A DNA stretch of 64,000 nucleotides, taken from the IMG/VR virus record IMGVR_UViG_2706795344_000001, positions 32,001-96,000 of that record. One strand, written 5' to 3'. The notes under the pieces are model-generated. The model ran no database searches. It was not told the origin of the DNA and saw only the letters and a list, made by a program, of their open reading frames with translations. Source of the DNA: a virus (taxonomy: Duplodnaviria; Caudoviricetes). This document shows, piece by piece, positions 37,770 to 47,183 of this stretch; within the stretch, counting starts at the first letter, position 1; each line of letters starts with the position of its first letter. The position numbers were made by a program, and so were the translations under genes.

Positions 37770-38747
37770 ATGAGTGATGAAGTCCAGTATTTAAATCTAT
37801 TAAAGGATTTATGTCGGAAGATTGAAGAGAAAGGGTTTACAACCAATGATCGAACTGGTGTTGGCACGTGTAAAATATTTGGTGCTCAGATGAGGTTTGA
37901 TTTGGAAAAAGGATTCCCTTTATTTACACATAAAAAAGTATTCATGCGTGGTATTTTTGAAGAGTTGATGTGGTTCTTACGTGGCGAAACTAATATTAGA
38001 AGTTTGCTTGAAAAAGGTGTGCATATCTGGACTGAATGGCGATACAAAGCATACTTGAAAGATTTCGAAGATAAGAATGCTGGACGTGGTTTAACTCCAT
38101 ACACCATGGAAGAGTTTGAGGCAATGGTCGTAAACCATACGCCTACTGCTATTAAGTGGGGTGATATTGGTAAGGGTTATGGACATCAATGGCGTAACTT
38201 TGGTGCGATTGAAGATGAAGCAGTTGATGTTGGTGCATTTGGGCAGAGAAGTGTATTATACTCACGTGAGGGTATTGATCAGATCGAGTGGGTAATTAAT
38301 GAGATTAAAACTAATCCAAATAGCCGTCGTATGATTGTCACGGGGTGGAACCCTCATGAGATTGAAGATGTAGACCTTCCACCATGTCATACACTATTCC
38401 AATTCTTTGTGGAAGATGGTAAGCTTTCTTGCCAGCTATATCAACGTAGTGCTGACATTTTACTTGGTGTGCCATTCAATATTGCATCATATGCCTTACT
38501 TACACATCTTATTGCTGCTGAGTGTGGGTTAGGTGTTGGTGAGTTTGTTTGGACTGGTGGTGATATCCATGTGTACTCGAATCAATATGAAGGGTTGAAA
38601 GAGATTGTGAACAATCGCTTTGCTTTGAAAGCACCTACATTAAAGTTACGGAGAGTACGTGAAGATATTTCACAATATCAATGGCAAGATATTATTATAG
38701 AAGGGTATAATTCATTACCTAAAGTGGAAATGCCTGTGGCTGTATAA
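37770..38747 (+). CDS. thyA: Thymidylate synthase
   Basis: DRTGVGT, ELMWFLRG, YGHQWR, LPPCH, YQRSAD, GVPFNIASY and DIHVY. Confidence 0.97.
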   Translation: MSDEVQYLNLLKDLCRKIEEKGFTTNDRTGVGTCKIFGAQMRFDLEKGFPLFTHKKVFMRGIFEELMWFLRGETNIRSLLEKGVHIWTEWRYKAYLKDFEDKNAGRGLTPYTMEEFEAMVVNHTPTAIKWGDIGKGYGHQWRNFGAIEDEAVDVGAFGQRSVLYSREGIDQIEWVINEIKTNPNSRRMIVTGWNPHEIEDVDLPPCHTLFQFFVEDGKLSCQLYQRSADILLGVPFNIASYALLTHLIAAECGLGVGEFVWTGGDIHVYSNQYEGLKEIVNNRFALKAPTLKLRRVREDISQYQWQDIIIEGYNSLPKVEMPVAV

Positions 38748-38757
38748 GGAGATTAAT

Positions 38758-38961
38758 GTGAGTCAGTGTAGAGATGTTTGTAATTTTAGTTTTACTAACA
38801 ACAAGAATATGGTAGTTGTTGTTCAAATTCGTACTGACGAAGAGGTGTATTGGGTAATGGAAGGACCACGGTATATCGGGGAGTTTGATAGTTTGGAAGG
38901 AATTGAAAATTATTTCTTCTCAAATCATACTGTTGAAGTTGACTTGTCTGCATTTAAGTAG
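38758..38961 (+). CDS. Hypothetical protein
   Basis: RBS AAGGAG. Confidence 0.5.
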   Translation: MSQCRDVCNFSFTNNKNMVVVVQIRTDEEVYWVMEGPRYIGEFDSLEGIENYFFSNHTVEVDLSAFK

Positions 38962-38994
38962 TAACCTATGGGCTGTCGAAAGATGGCCCTTTTT
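38939..38994 (+). promoter_or_regulatory. Promoter abutting an intrinsic terminator
   Basis: TTGACT-17-TAACCT, then GGGCTGTC-gaaa-GATGGCCC-TTTTT. Confidence 0.6.
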
Positions 38995-39010
38995 AGTTTG
39001 AGGTATAATT

Positions 39011-39577
39011 ATGTATAATGGACGTAATAAAGTTAAAATTTGCCATATTGTGGCTGCTGGTTTAAATGGTGAGATTGGGAAAGATAATAAATTACTTTGC
39101 CATATTCCAGAGGATTTAGCTTACTTTAAGAAGATGACGTTAGGTCATGCTGTAGTAATGGGTCGCAAGACTTTAGAATCACTACCAAACAAACTATCTC
39201 GTCGTGCTGTATGGGAAGTCACCAATCGAAAACATGATGGAAGTCGATGGTATAATGGTTTACACTCAGCTTTATATGCTGCATCTGGTTCATGCTATTT
39301 CTTGAACACGAATAAAATTTGGATTGCTGGTGGTGCATCTATCTATGAGCAGACAAATGATATTGTTGATGAGGTTTACCTTACACGTATTCATCATGAA
39401 TTCCCTGACGCTGACAGCTTCTATAAGATTCCTGAAGGATTTGTGTTTGAGGGATATACAGAGCGTACATTGGAGCATTTCCCTGAAGAACGATTTCTTG
39501 AGGATAAATTAAGTTTAGATACATGGAAAGTTACATTTGAGAAGTGGGTTCGTGTTGACAGTTGGAAAAATAAGTAG
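39011..39577 (+). CDS. folA: Dihydrofolate reductase
   Basis: IGKDNKL..HIPEDL.YFK..T, VMGRKT..SLP, IAGGASIY and YLTRI. Confidence 0.95.
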   Translation: MYNGRNKVKICHIVAAGLNGEIGKDNKLLCHIPEDLAYFKKMTLGHAVVMGRKTLESLPNKLSRRAVWEVTNRKHDGSRWYNGLHSALYAASGSCYFLNTNKIWIAGGASIYEQTNDIVDEVYLTRIHHEFPDADSFYKIPEGFVFEGYTERTLEHFPEERFLEDKLSLDTWKVTFEKWVRVDSWKNK

Positions 39578-39583
39578 TAAACT
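39555..39583 (+). promoter_or_regulatory. Sigma70-type promoter
   Basis: TTGACA-17-TAAACT. Confidence 0.55.
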
Positions 39584-39608
39584 TCAGGAGTAAATTAGGA
39601 GATACATC

Positions 39609-39887
39609 ATGGCTTTTAAAATTTATGATTTAGATGACAATACATTTTTAGTTGATGCTGCTGACGGTGGTGTGGTATTGTTCGGGTATGTTTGTGATGT
39701 CAAGTTTGGGACTGATGAGATTGATGTAAATGATTTGAAATTGGAAATGATCAGTACTGATAGTCCAATAGAAGAAAATGAACTATCAATCTTACAGAAG
39801 GAAGTTTTAGATAGAAAATCTGAAATTGAAGGTATGATTATCGACTACTGGATTAAGGAGCGTAATAAAGAATCAAATGAAATCTAA
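39609..39887 (+). CDS. Hypothetical acidic protein
   Basis: RBS AGGAG. Confidence 0.6.
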   Translation: MAFKIYDLDDNTFLVDAADGGVVLFGYVCDVKFGTDEIDVNDLKLEMISTDSPIEENELSILQKEVLDRKSEIEGMIIDYWIKERNKESNEI

Positions 39888-40057
39888 TGTAGGTAAGTTT
39901 TTCTGTGTTAAAACAGGTAGTTATTTATCGGGTGAGGTTGGAGAGTGTATTGAACACCTTACTAAGAAACAACATAAAGTTCAGGAAGATTACGTTAAAC
40001 TTGTTTTAGATGAAACAGTTATGTGGTTTAAACTGTCCGAAGTACGTGAGGTATAAA

Positions 40058-40342
40058 ATGAAAGTTGGAATTATTGGTGGTGGTAGACAAGCTTGTGCTG
40101 CTATCGTGGCCCATGCATTAGCAAATGATTTGGTGGCAGCTATTGGTGGACCACAGCCTGTAAGATATACTTATCGAGATGATGATGGTGATTTTACAAG
40201 AGCTTATGCACAAGATAACGTATCAAATCGACATACGTTTGTTAAGCTGTTACAGGGTACAGAGTTTTGTTATCAAGAATCTGATATACAGAAGTTTTTA
40301 ACATTTGCACATCAACGAGCAATTACAGTGGAGAATATTTAA
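40058..40342 (+). CDS. Hypothetical protein starting with a Rossmann-like KVGIIGGG strand-loop
   Basis: RBS GAGG before ATG 40058. Confidence 0.55.
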   Translation: MKVGIIGGGRQACAAIVAHALANDLVAAIGGPQPVRYTYRDDDGDFTRAYAQDNVSNRHTFVKLLQGTEFCYQESDIQKFLTFAHQRAITVENI

Positions 40343-41406
40343 TGTCAAAAGAGCCTAAACCATTTCGTCCGATGAAGACAGTAAACGAAGCTTTAGACTT
40401 TGGCGACGTTAAGTATCCTAAACTTGGTTCAATCAAGTTTGATGGTGTGTATGGCCTAGTTAAAGATAATAAACTATTAGGTCGTTCATTGAAGCCGTTA
40501 AAGAATAAATGGTTGACAGAGCAACTTAGCCAACCAGAGTTTAATGGTATGGTGTTTGAAATTTTGAACGCTCGTATTGATGGGAAAGAAGGTCTCCACC
40601 TTAATCGTCAGGATTTATACAACAACAGTAACTCATGTACTGGAACGATTGAAAAAGAAGATTGGGATGTCGTGTTGGTATTATTCGATTACATCGACAA
40701 TTGTGACCCTGACTACTTGAGTAATAAATTCATTCATCGTATGGAGCGTTTAAATGAATTACTCTCATTGTTGAGTGATCGAAACTACATCACTGCACAC
40801 AATATTTGTGGTATCCAATATCATGAGTACATGATTCGTGGTATTACTTTACTTATTCCAATGCCACATGACTTGGAAGGGCCAGAGGAAGCACGAGAGT
40901 TGTATGAGAGTATTGTTTCTGAAGGTCATGAAGGATTGATTCTACGATGCCCTGAAGGTATTTTTAAATGTGGTCGAGCTACTAAGAAGTCTCAAGAGAT
41001 GGTTCGTTTTAAACCATCTGGTGATAGCGAGATCATCGTCACTCGTATGGAAGAGATGATGGAAAACCAGAATGAGGCTAAAAAGAATGAGCTTGGCTAT
41101 ACAGAGCGATCTTCTCATCAAGAAAACAAAGTCCCTTTGGGTATGGTTGGTGCTTTAATTGGTATTGATATCAATTCTGGTGTTGAGGTTAAGATTGGTG
41201 CTGGCAAATTAACTCATGAACAACGTAAAGAAGTTTGGGAAAATCGAGGTGATTATATTGGCCGATTAGCTAAGTATAAGTTTATGGATACAGGTCAGAA
41301 AGATTTGCCAAGACATCCACGTTGGGTTGGTTGGCGAGAGTTGACAGATGTGGACTCAGAAGTTGTATCCTTTGCGAAAGAACATGATGTATACATCAAA
41401 GAATAA
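40342..41406 (+). CDS. lig: ATP-dependent DNA ligase
   Basis: KFDG motif I, FD, EGLILR, RFKP, GAL and PRHP. Confidence 0.92.
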   Translation: MSKEPKPFRPMKTVNEALDFGDVKYPKLGSIKFDGVYGLVKDNKLLGRSLKPLKNKWLTEQLSQPEFNGMVFEILNARIDGKEGLHLNRQDLYNNSNSCTGTIEKEDWDVVLVLFDYIDNCDPDYLSNKFIHRMERLNELLSLLSDRNYITAHNICGIQYHEYMIRGITLLIPMPHDLEGPEEARELYESIVSEGHEGLILRCPEGIFKCGRATKKSQEMVRFKPSGDSEIIVTRMEEMMENQNEAKKNELGYTERSSHQENKVPLGMVGALIGIDINSGVEVKIGAGKLTHEQRKEVWENRGDYIGRLAKYKFMDTGQKDLPRHPRWVGWRELTDVDSEVVSFAKEHDVYIKE

Positions 41407-41419
41407 TCTGAAATAGTTG

Positions 41420-41455
41420 TTGACCCGTTATAGATTAATCTCTATAATGGGTTCA
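41420..41455 (+). promoter_or_regulatory. Sigma70-type promoter spanning a long inverted repeat
   Basis: TTGACC-17-TATAAT; TGACCCGTTATAGA / TCTATAATGGGTTCA palindrome. Confidence 0.65.
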
Positions 41456-41474
41456 TTATTTAGGAGGTAACATC

Positions 41475-43343
41475 ATGAGTTTTAAACCAACAGATGAACA
41501 ACAAGCAATTATCGATCTGGCATTGGATGGCGAAGACTTACGCATCAATGCATTTGCTGGTGCATCTAAAACAACAACATTAACAATGATTGCTGAGGCT
41601 AAGCATGAAGAGGGTGGTGAAGTTGGAATGTATTTAGCATTCAACAAAGCTATTGCTACTGAGGCAGAGGAACGTTTCCCTAACTCTGTTGAGTGTCGTA
41701 CAGTTCACTCCCTTGCATATCGTCATACACCTAAAGCGTTGAAAGCTAAGATTGGTGGGAAGATTTTCCCTAAAGAGTGTGCAGCTTTATTAGGTTTTTC
41801 GGGTGAGTTTATTGTGAGTAAGCATAACTCAGATGTACGTCGGATGATTTCTGTAAATGCTAAGACAAGTATGATTCGTTCTACGCTAGCACGTTTCTGC
41901 AACTCTGCTGATGATGAAATCTCAGCAAAGCATCTTGTAATGATTGATTGGATGTACAAGATTAAAGATGGTGAATTCGATTTCAAACCTTTAATGGCAG
42001 AGATTCTAAGACTTACACGTGAATACTGGAAAGAGTGCCAAGACCCGTCATCACCTGTACCGTTAGGTCACGATGGATACTTGAAGTTATACTCAATGCA
42101 GCGTAGACAAATTCCTGTTTCTTATATTATGATTGACGAGAATCAAGATTCATCACCTGTAATTCTAAACATTATTGAAGCTCAGAAGAAAGCTCAAAAA
42201 ATTTATGTGGGTGATAAATTCCAAGCTATCTATGGATGGCGTGGGGCGATCAATGCTATGGACTTTGTGACTGGTAAAGAGATGTTCCTAACTAAGTCTT
42301 TCCGATTTGGTAAGAATGTTGAAACTATTGCTAACTTAGTTTTAGAGGCGTCTGGTTGTGGTGTGACTCTTGAAGGTAATGGTAGTGAGGATGGTGGAAT
42401 CTTCCTTAAGGAGAATTCTATTGTACCTAATGCAGTAATCTGTCGTACAAACTCTGGTGTTATCAAAAATATTTTTGAATACAGTAATAAGTACCCTAAC
42501 TTAGTTATTGGAGCAAGTTGTGACCTGACAGCTATCCAAAACTTTGTACGTGCTTATGAAGATTTATGTGCTGGGAAGAGTGTTGAACATCCTTTATTAT
42601 TTACTTTCAACAGTAAAGCAGAGCTTTTAGAGTATTGTGACGAAAGTCCAGACGACTTAGAAGTGTCAGGTTTGGTTAAGTTGATTGAGCGCTTTGGAGC
42701 TAAAGCTTTGATGGCTGCTATGAGTAAATGTTCTCAGCAACAAAACTGTGACATTATGATTACCACTGCACATAAATCAAAAGGTCTTGAGTGGGACAAC
42801 GTAATTCTTTATAACGATTACGGATATGATATTAATGAAGATGGCGAAATCGATGCTTCAGATGAGGAATTGAACGTCGTCTATGTGGCTTGTACTCGTG
42901 CCAAGAAGCATCTTTGTATTGCTGGTGTGCATGACTTGCTAAATCTTCTAACGAAGCGTAAAGGTATTAAATTAGACCTAAAAGATGCATCACCAGATCA
43001 TTTAGATTACTTGAATCGAGTTATCGCTGCTGCTAAAGCTAATCAGGTTAAGTTCTCTTATAAAGGCTCAACCATGGGAGAGTTGGAGAAATTTGTAGAA
43101 CGTCACAGACACTTGGTTGAGTTTGACCCAACACAAGCTGATGGTGGTCTCTATGGCTATGACGAAGTAGCAGCTGCTACAGGTGGAGTTTTAACGGGTG
43201 CTAAGATGATGACTATATCTCCTAACACTGGCATTTCTAATGAAGTAATGATGGAGAAAGTCGGAGAGTTTATTGATGGAAACAGTAATCATTATTTTGA
43301 TGCTGTTATTAGTGAACAGGAGCACGATCACATAGATAATTAG
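41475..43343 (+). CDS. UvrD/SF1-like DNA helicase
   Basis: PT.EQ, AFAGASKT, LAFNK, IDENQD, VGDKFQAIY, LTKSFRFG, TAHKSKGLEW and YVACTRAK. Confidence 0.92.
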   Translation: MSFKPTDEQQAIIDLALDGEDLRINAFAGASKTTTLTMIAEAKHEEGGEVGMYLAFNKAIATEAEERFPNSVECRTVHSLAYRHTPKALKAKIGGKIFPKECAALLGFSGEFIVSKHNSDVRRMISVNAKTSMIRSTLARFCNSADDEISAKHLVMIDWMYKIKDGEFDFKPLMAEILRLTREYWKECQDPSSPVPLGHDGYLKLYSMQRRQIPVSYIMIDENQDSSPVILNIIEAQKKAQKIYVGDKFQAIYGWRGAINAMDFVTGKEMFLTKSFRFGKNVETIANLVLEASGCGVTLEGNGSEDGGIFLKENSIVPNAVICRTNSGVIKNIFEYSNKYPNLVIGASCDLTAIQNFVRAYEDLCAGKSVEHPLLFTFNSKAELLEYCDESPDDLEVSGLVKLIERFGAKALMAAMSKCSQQQNCDIMITTAHKSKGLEWDNVILYNDYGYDINEDGEIDASDEELNVVYVACTRAKKHLCIAGVHDLLNLLTKRKGIKLDLKDASPDHLDYLNRVIAAAKANQVKFSYKGSTMGELEKFVERHRHLVEFDPTQADGGLYGYDEVAAATGGVLTGAKMMTISPNTGISNEVMMEKVGEFIDGNSNHYFDAVISEQEHDHIDN

Positions 43344-43348
43344 GAGGT

Positions 43349-43603
43349 TTGATGGTTTTACTAGGGTGGTCGCAACGGGAAGTGTATAATGATAGATTAT
43401 TCGATCATGTACGCTTCTCTGGTGAAACCAAGTTGATTCATGTACTGGAAAATGACATCCAGTACATTGGTGTAGAGGTACGATATAAAGGACAGGTTAA
43501 AGAAGCTGACATTGACAGGGCAAGAAAATTCTTGGAAAAGAATGTGTTCGGTTTATTGGAAGGTAGAGAACCAAAATTGTTTATTTTAAGTGAGGTGTCA
43601 TGA
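43349..43603 (+). CDS. Hypothetical protein
   Basis: RBS AGGAGG. Confidence 0.55.
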   Translation: MMVLLGWSQREVYNDRLFDHVRFSGETKLIHVLENDIQYIGVEVRYKGQVKEADIDRARKFLEKNVFGLLEGREPKLFILSEVS

Positions 43604-43875
43604 AGCGAATATTATTTATTACAGGAGACTTTGACGAGGGTGAGTTAAGAACTGAATACTATGACGATGTAGATCATATGGTTCGTGACCGATCTGGTTG
43701 GAACTCTTTTAAAGAGATGAAAGACTATGTAGAAGAACATGGACTTGATGATGACGAGTGTGAAGGTTGCGAGAAAATGCTTCTTGAGCTTGTTGAAGAT
43801 GGTTATCATATTGATGAATGGCACAGCTATCACGTATACTATGGTGACATGGCTATGGGGGTGGGTAATGTTTAG
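43600..43875 (+). CDS. Highly acidic small protein
   Basis: About 25 Asp/Glu in 91 aa; RBS GAGGTG. Confidence 0.6.
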   Translation: MKRILFITGDFDEGELRTEYYDDVDHMVRDRSGWNSFKEMKDYVEEHGLDDDECEGCEKMLLELVEDGYHIDEWHSYHVYYGDMAMGVGNV

Positions 43876-44017
43876 TTCATTTGATGATTGGTTTGAGGAG
43901 CTTAAGGAAGCTGCAAGCTTTCAAGGTTTCTATGTAGATAATGCTGCTGATTGGGAAGATTACTATAAGATGGGTATGTTGCCAGAAGTAGCTTGGAAGA
44001 AATACGGTAATAAATAG
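43868..44017 (+). CDS. Small hypothetical protein (FDDWFEEL...)
   Basis: ATG 43868 overlaps the upstream gene. Confidence 0.55.
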   Translation: MFSSFDDWFEELKEAASFQGFYVDNAADWEDYYKMGMLPEVAWKKYGNK

Positions 44018-44025
44018 GAGGGTCT

Positions 44026-44742
44026 ATGACAGACAAAACTTTAGTTGAGAGTGAAAACATTTCACAAATTAATAAAGATGGCAGCACAACGCCATTGAAA
44101 ACAAAGAAGACTGTGTTCTTGATTAATGGAGCACCTAATAGTGGTAAAGATGCTTCAGCTACATTGCTTAAGAAAGTGTTTGGGGGTGGTTCACATCGAG
44201 CTTTTAAAGATGCTCTTTATGAAGAAACAGCAAAACATTTTAATGTGGACCTTGATTGGTTTATCAAACAGGCAACAGATCGTACAACAAAAGAAACTCC
44301 TACACGAATTCTTTTTGATCGTAGTATGAATCCATTAGTACGTATTGCTTTATTCTTGTTTAGTCTGATTCGTCCTGTAGGTTTTAGCCCACGTCAAGCT
44401 TTAATCCATGTGTCTGAAAATATTATCAAACCTAAGTTTGGTGATACATTCTTTGGTATTAAGTTGCTGGATGCCATTTTGGATGATGACCAAGCAATCA
44501 CTTTTGTTTCTGACTCAGGTTTTGAAAGTGAGATTGTCCCTCTGGTAGAAGCTGGCTTGAAAGTATATGTAATCCGTTTACATCGTGAAGGTTGCACATT
44601 TGAAGGTGACAGTCGCACTATGTTATCTGATGAAGTACTTAACAAGTTAGGTGTGACATTCCGAGATGTGTATAATGATGGTACATTAGAAGATTTAGAA
44701 AAGAAATTGACAAGCGCTGCTTGTGATTTATTGGTGGGCTAA
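44026..44742 (+). CDS. Deoxynucleoside monophosphate kinase
   Basis: NGAPNSGKD, FKDALY, SPRQALI, SDSGF..E and F.GDSR. Confidence 0.85.
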   Translation: MTDKTLVESENISQINKDGSTTPLKTKKTVFLINGAPNSGKDASATLLKKVFGGGSHRAFKDALYEETAKHFNVDLDWFIKQATDRTTKETPTRILFDRSMNPLVRIALFLFSLIRPVGFSPRQALIHVSENIIKPKFGDTFFGIKLLDAILDDDQAITFVSDSGFESEIVPLVEAGLKVYVIRLHREGCTFEGDSRTMLSDEVLNKLGVTFRDVYNDGTLEDLEKKLTSAACDLLVG

Positions 44743-44764
44743 TACCCACCTTGTTGGAGGTAAT

Positions 44765-44992
44765 ATGTTTAAAGATAAATTTTTAATTTGGATTTTGGTG
44801 GTAGTGTTTATCATCTTATTGGTTAGTAACATGTATGAAGCTAAAGCAGCAACATTATTAGCCAAGAAACCTTCTGTAGCTGTTACGCCACCCTTAGTCA
44901 TCCCTCAGCATTTAGATATGATTAAGAAAGAGTGCAAGTATCGGATTAAGACAGGGAAGAAAGTGCCTAAACACTGCTATAAGTTTGTATAG
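44765..44992 (+). CDS. Small membrane-anchored protein
   Basis: RBS GGAGG; N-terminal TM segment. Confidence 0.55.
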   Translation: MFKDKFLIWILVVVFIILLVSNMYEAKAATLLAKKPSVAVTPPLVIPQHLDMIKKECKYRIKTGKKVPKHCYKFV

Positions 44993-45000
44993 GAGTTATC

Positions 45001-45186
45001 ATGAAGTTAAACAGGCACTACACAATTACAAATCAGAAATATGTACACAGGAAATTATTTCTATGTAGAAGTTGTGGCAAGCCTTGTAAGCCTTCCAAGT
45101 ATGTCGTATTCCCAAAAGATAAGAGATACATGATAGCTCAATCATACGGTTGCCTACCTTGTGACACAAATTACAAGGTAAGTTAA
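45001..45186 (+). CDS. Small Zn-finger protein
   Basis: CRSC...CLPC; RBS AGGAG. Confidence 0.55.
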   Translation: MKLNRHYTITNQKYVHRKLFLCRSCGKPCKPSKYVVFPKDKRYMIAQSYGCLPCDTNYKVS

Positions 45187-45289
45187 GGAGTTATCATGAA
45201 ATTGAGATACATTGCTGTAGGTCTAATCTTATTAAGCTTGGTGTACTATAAATCTTTAAAAGATTTTGATTATATTTTGGTTGGAGATG

Positions 45290-45318
45290 TTGACAACAAA
45301 AATGATGTGAGTTAATAT
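45290..45318 (+). promoter_or_regulatory. Sigma70-type promoter
   Basis: TTGACA-17-TAATAT. Confidence 0.6.
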
Positions 45319-45351
45319 TCTCACATCAACAACGAAGTAAGGAAGTCTAGT

Positions 45352-46092
45352 ATGACACAATTCACTAAAGGTGCATTCACTGCTGAACAATTAAACACTA
45401 AAACTTGTATTGCTACAGTTTTTCATGAAGCTGAACCAATGCGTATTGCTCGTAAACAAGCATTTAAATTGATGATTCCTTACCTTGGAAGTCATAAAGC
45501 GCGTTTAATGGCAACAGTCTTAGAAGATTCAGTTGTTTTACGTATGAGTAAAGCTATTGGTGGTGCTATGAATGCTGAAGGTTTTAATGCATGTTGGTTC
45601 TTTGACATGTGTAATGCACAGAATATGAATTTGTTTGAAGGTGTGCCTGAAGCTGTATTGTTCAGTCTTGGTCAAGTCTTTAAAAATGCAAACATCAATT
45701 CAGTTAAATGGGCAATGAATCCAGATACACTAAAAGTTGTTGAAATGCATGCAAAAGAGTCTGGATTACGTTTAGGTCGTTTGGTTACAAAAACTTTAGG
45801 ATACAAAGATAAATTGTATATTAAAGATGAGCTATTAGCTGACTTAGCGAATACTGCAATTGGTTTACAGGTACAGCAATTGTCTCGTATAGATGTCACC
45901 AAATCTATTTTACAGATGTTAGTACATAATATTTTGTGTGGTAATGAAAAGGATGTGGTAATTGATACACTAATCTTGTTATATGGATTCCGTATAACAT
46001 TAGCTTATTCTACCTATGACGTGGTAGAGAAGATGGTTAAATTGGTAAAACAAAATGAGATGGTGATTAAAGATGCAACTCGATTACAGTAA
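45352..46092 (+). CDS. Hypothetical protein
   Basis: 246 aa ORF with RBS. Confidence 0.65.
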   Translation: MTQFTKGAFTAEQLNTKTCIATVFHEAEPMRIARKQAFKLMIPYLGSHKARLMATVLEDSVVLRMSKAIGGAMNAEGFNACWFFDMCNAQNMNLFEGVPEAVLFSLGQVFKNANINSVKWAMNPDTLKVVEMHAKESGLRLGRLVTKTLGYKDKLYIKDELLADLANTAIGLQVQQLSRIDVTKSILQMLVHNILCGNEKDVVIDTLILLYGFRITLAYSTYDVVEKMVKLVKQNEMVIKDATRLQ

Positions 46093-46633
46093 GTGGAATG
46101 TTGGTCAAGCTAAGGAAGCTATTGAAAATTTGGCTAATGCTCTTAAAACTGTGGAAGTTAAAGTTCAGGAAACATTGGAGCGTAACCGATCACAGTTTTG
46201 TAAAAATGACCCTGAACTAATTCAATTAGTGAATACAATCCATCCTGAGTTGAATTTCAAGATTGTCATGGATGTGCTTGGACCTAAACAAGATGGTGCA
46301 ATGTGGGTAGCATTGGCTAAGATTGAAACTAAGACTGGTATCGAAGGTATAGCTAAAAAACTTGTGGAGTCTGGACTCTTACGTGAAGAGTATTGGTATA
46401 TGGACCCATCGGGGATTCATGGAGACACCAAGATCGGTGATGAAGATGACCTTGATAGTTTTAAGGAAATCGAGGGTGGTATCGAAACTTGGGCTTGTCC
46501 AATACGTGGAATAATCATCTCAAAAGATGAATTTGATGAAGGTTTATATAGTATTCTATATACAACAGATGTATATCACCAGATTTATCAGCGTATGATG
46601 GAAGGTGTTGACGAGTTAAAACTTGTACCTTAA
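46073..46633 (+). CDS. Hypothetical protein
   Basis: 186 aa overlapping ORF. Confidence 0.6.
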   Translation: MQLDYSKWNVGQAKEAIENLANALKTVEVKVQETLERNRSQFCKNDPELIQLVNTIHPELNFKIVMDVLGPKQDGAMWVALAKIETKTGIEGIAKKLVESGLLREEYWYMDPSGIHGDTKIGDEDDLDSFKEIEGGIETWACPIRGIIISKDEFDEGLYSILYTTDVYHQIYQRMMEGVDELKLVP

Positions 46634-46667
46634 AATGAGGGAGGTGGCTTAGGCTGCTTCCCTTTTT
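46608..46667 (+). promoter_or_regulatory. Promoter abutting an intrinsic terminator
   Basis: TTGACG-17-TAAAAT, then AGGGAGGTGGC-ttag-GCTGCTTCCCT-TTTT. Confidence 0.65.
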
Positions 46668-46685
46668 ATTTATCTGGAGAAAATT

Positions 46686-46871
46686 ATGTCTAAAACATTA
46701 AGGCCAACTTTTATTTGTAAGTGTGGTGGAACCATATCAGCTGGCTGTTGGGTGATGGGTAATAAAAGTGTACGCATCGGAGAGAGTGGTAGATTCATGA
46801 GGTTGGAAGACAAAGGATATTGGGAAATGTCGTGTAACAAATGTGATTACAGAGGGAGTTATACACCATGA
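46686..46871 (+). CDS. Small Zn-ribbon protein
   Basis: CKCG...CNKC. Confidence 0.55.
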   Translation: MSKTLRPTFICKCGGTISAGCWVMGNKSVRIGESGRFMRLEDKGYWEMSCNKCDYRGSYTP

Positions 46872-47137
46872 GTATTAAAGATTATATTGACAAAGTTCTT
46901 GCATATAATGATGATTGTGATGTCAAATCGGACCTGTTGTACTACAAAGAGTTTGAGGACTTTATGTTTGAATTGTTCTACTCAGAGCATTTCCAGTGTC
47001 TAGTTAAGTTTATTGGTAACAGGGCTTTCTTGGAACAAGAGGGTGGGTGGACATTTTACTCATCTAGCCATTCTGCCATTGATACTCTTAAGAATAAGGC
47101 TGGGTTAAAAAATATTAAAAAGTATTTGACTGGATAA
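46868..47137 (+). CDS. Hypothetical protein
   Basis: ATGA-coupled ORF. Confidence 0.55.
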   Translation: MSIKDYIDKVLAYNDDCDVKSDLLYYKEFEDFMFELFYSEHFQCLVKFIGNRAFLEQEGGWTFYSSSHSAIDTLKNKAGLKNIKKYLTG

Positions 47138-47154
47138 CTAATAAACTATACAAT
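47126..47154 (+). promoter_or_regulatory. Sigma70-type promoter
   Basis: TTGACT-17-TACAAT. Confidence 0.6.
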
Positions 47155-47183
47155 CACTGCATAACTTAAAGAGGTAGAGAAAG

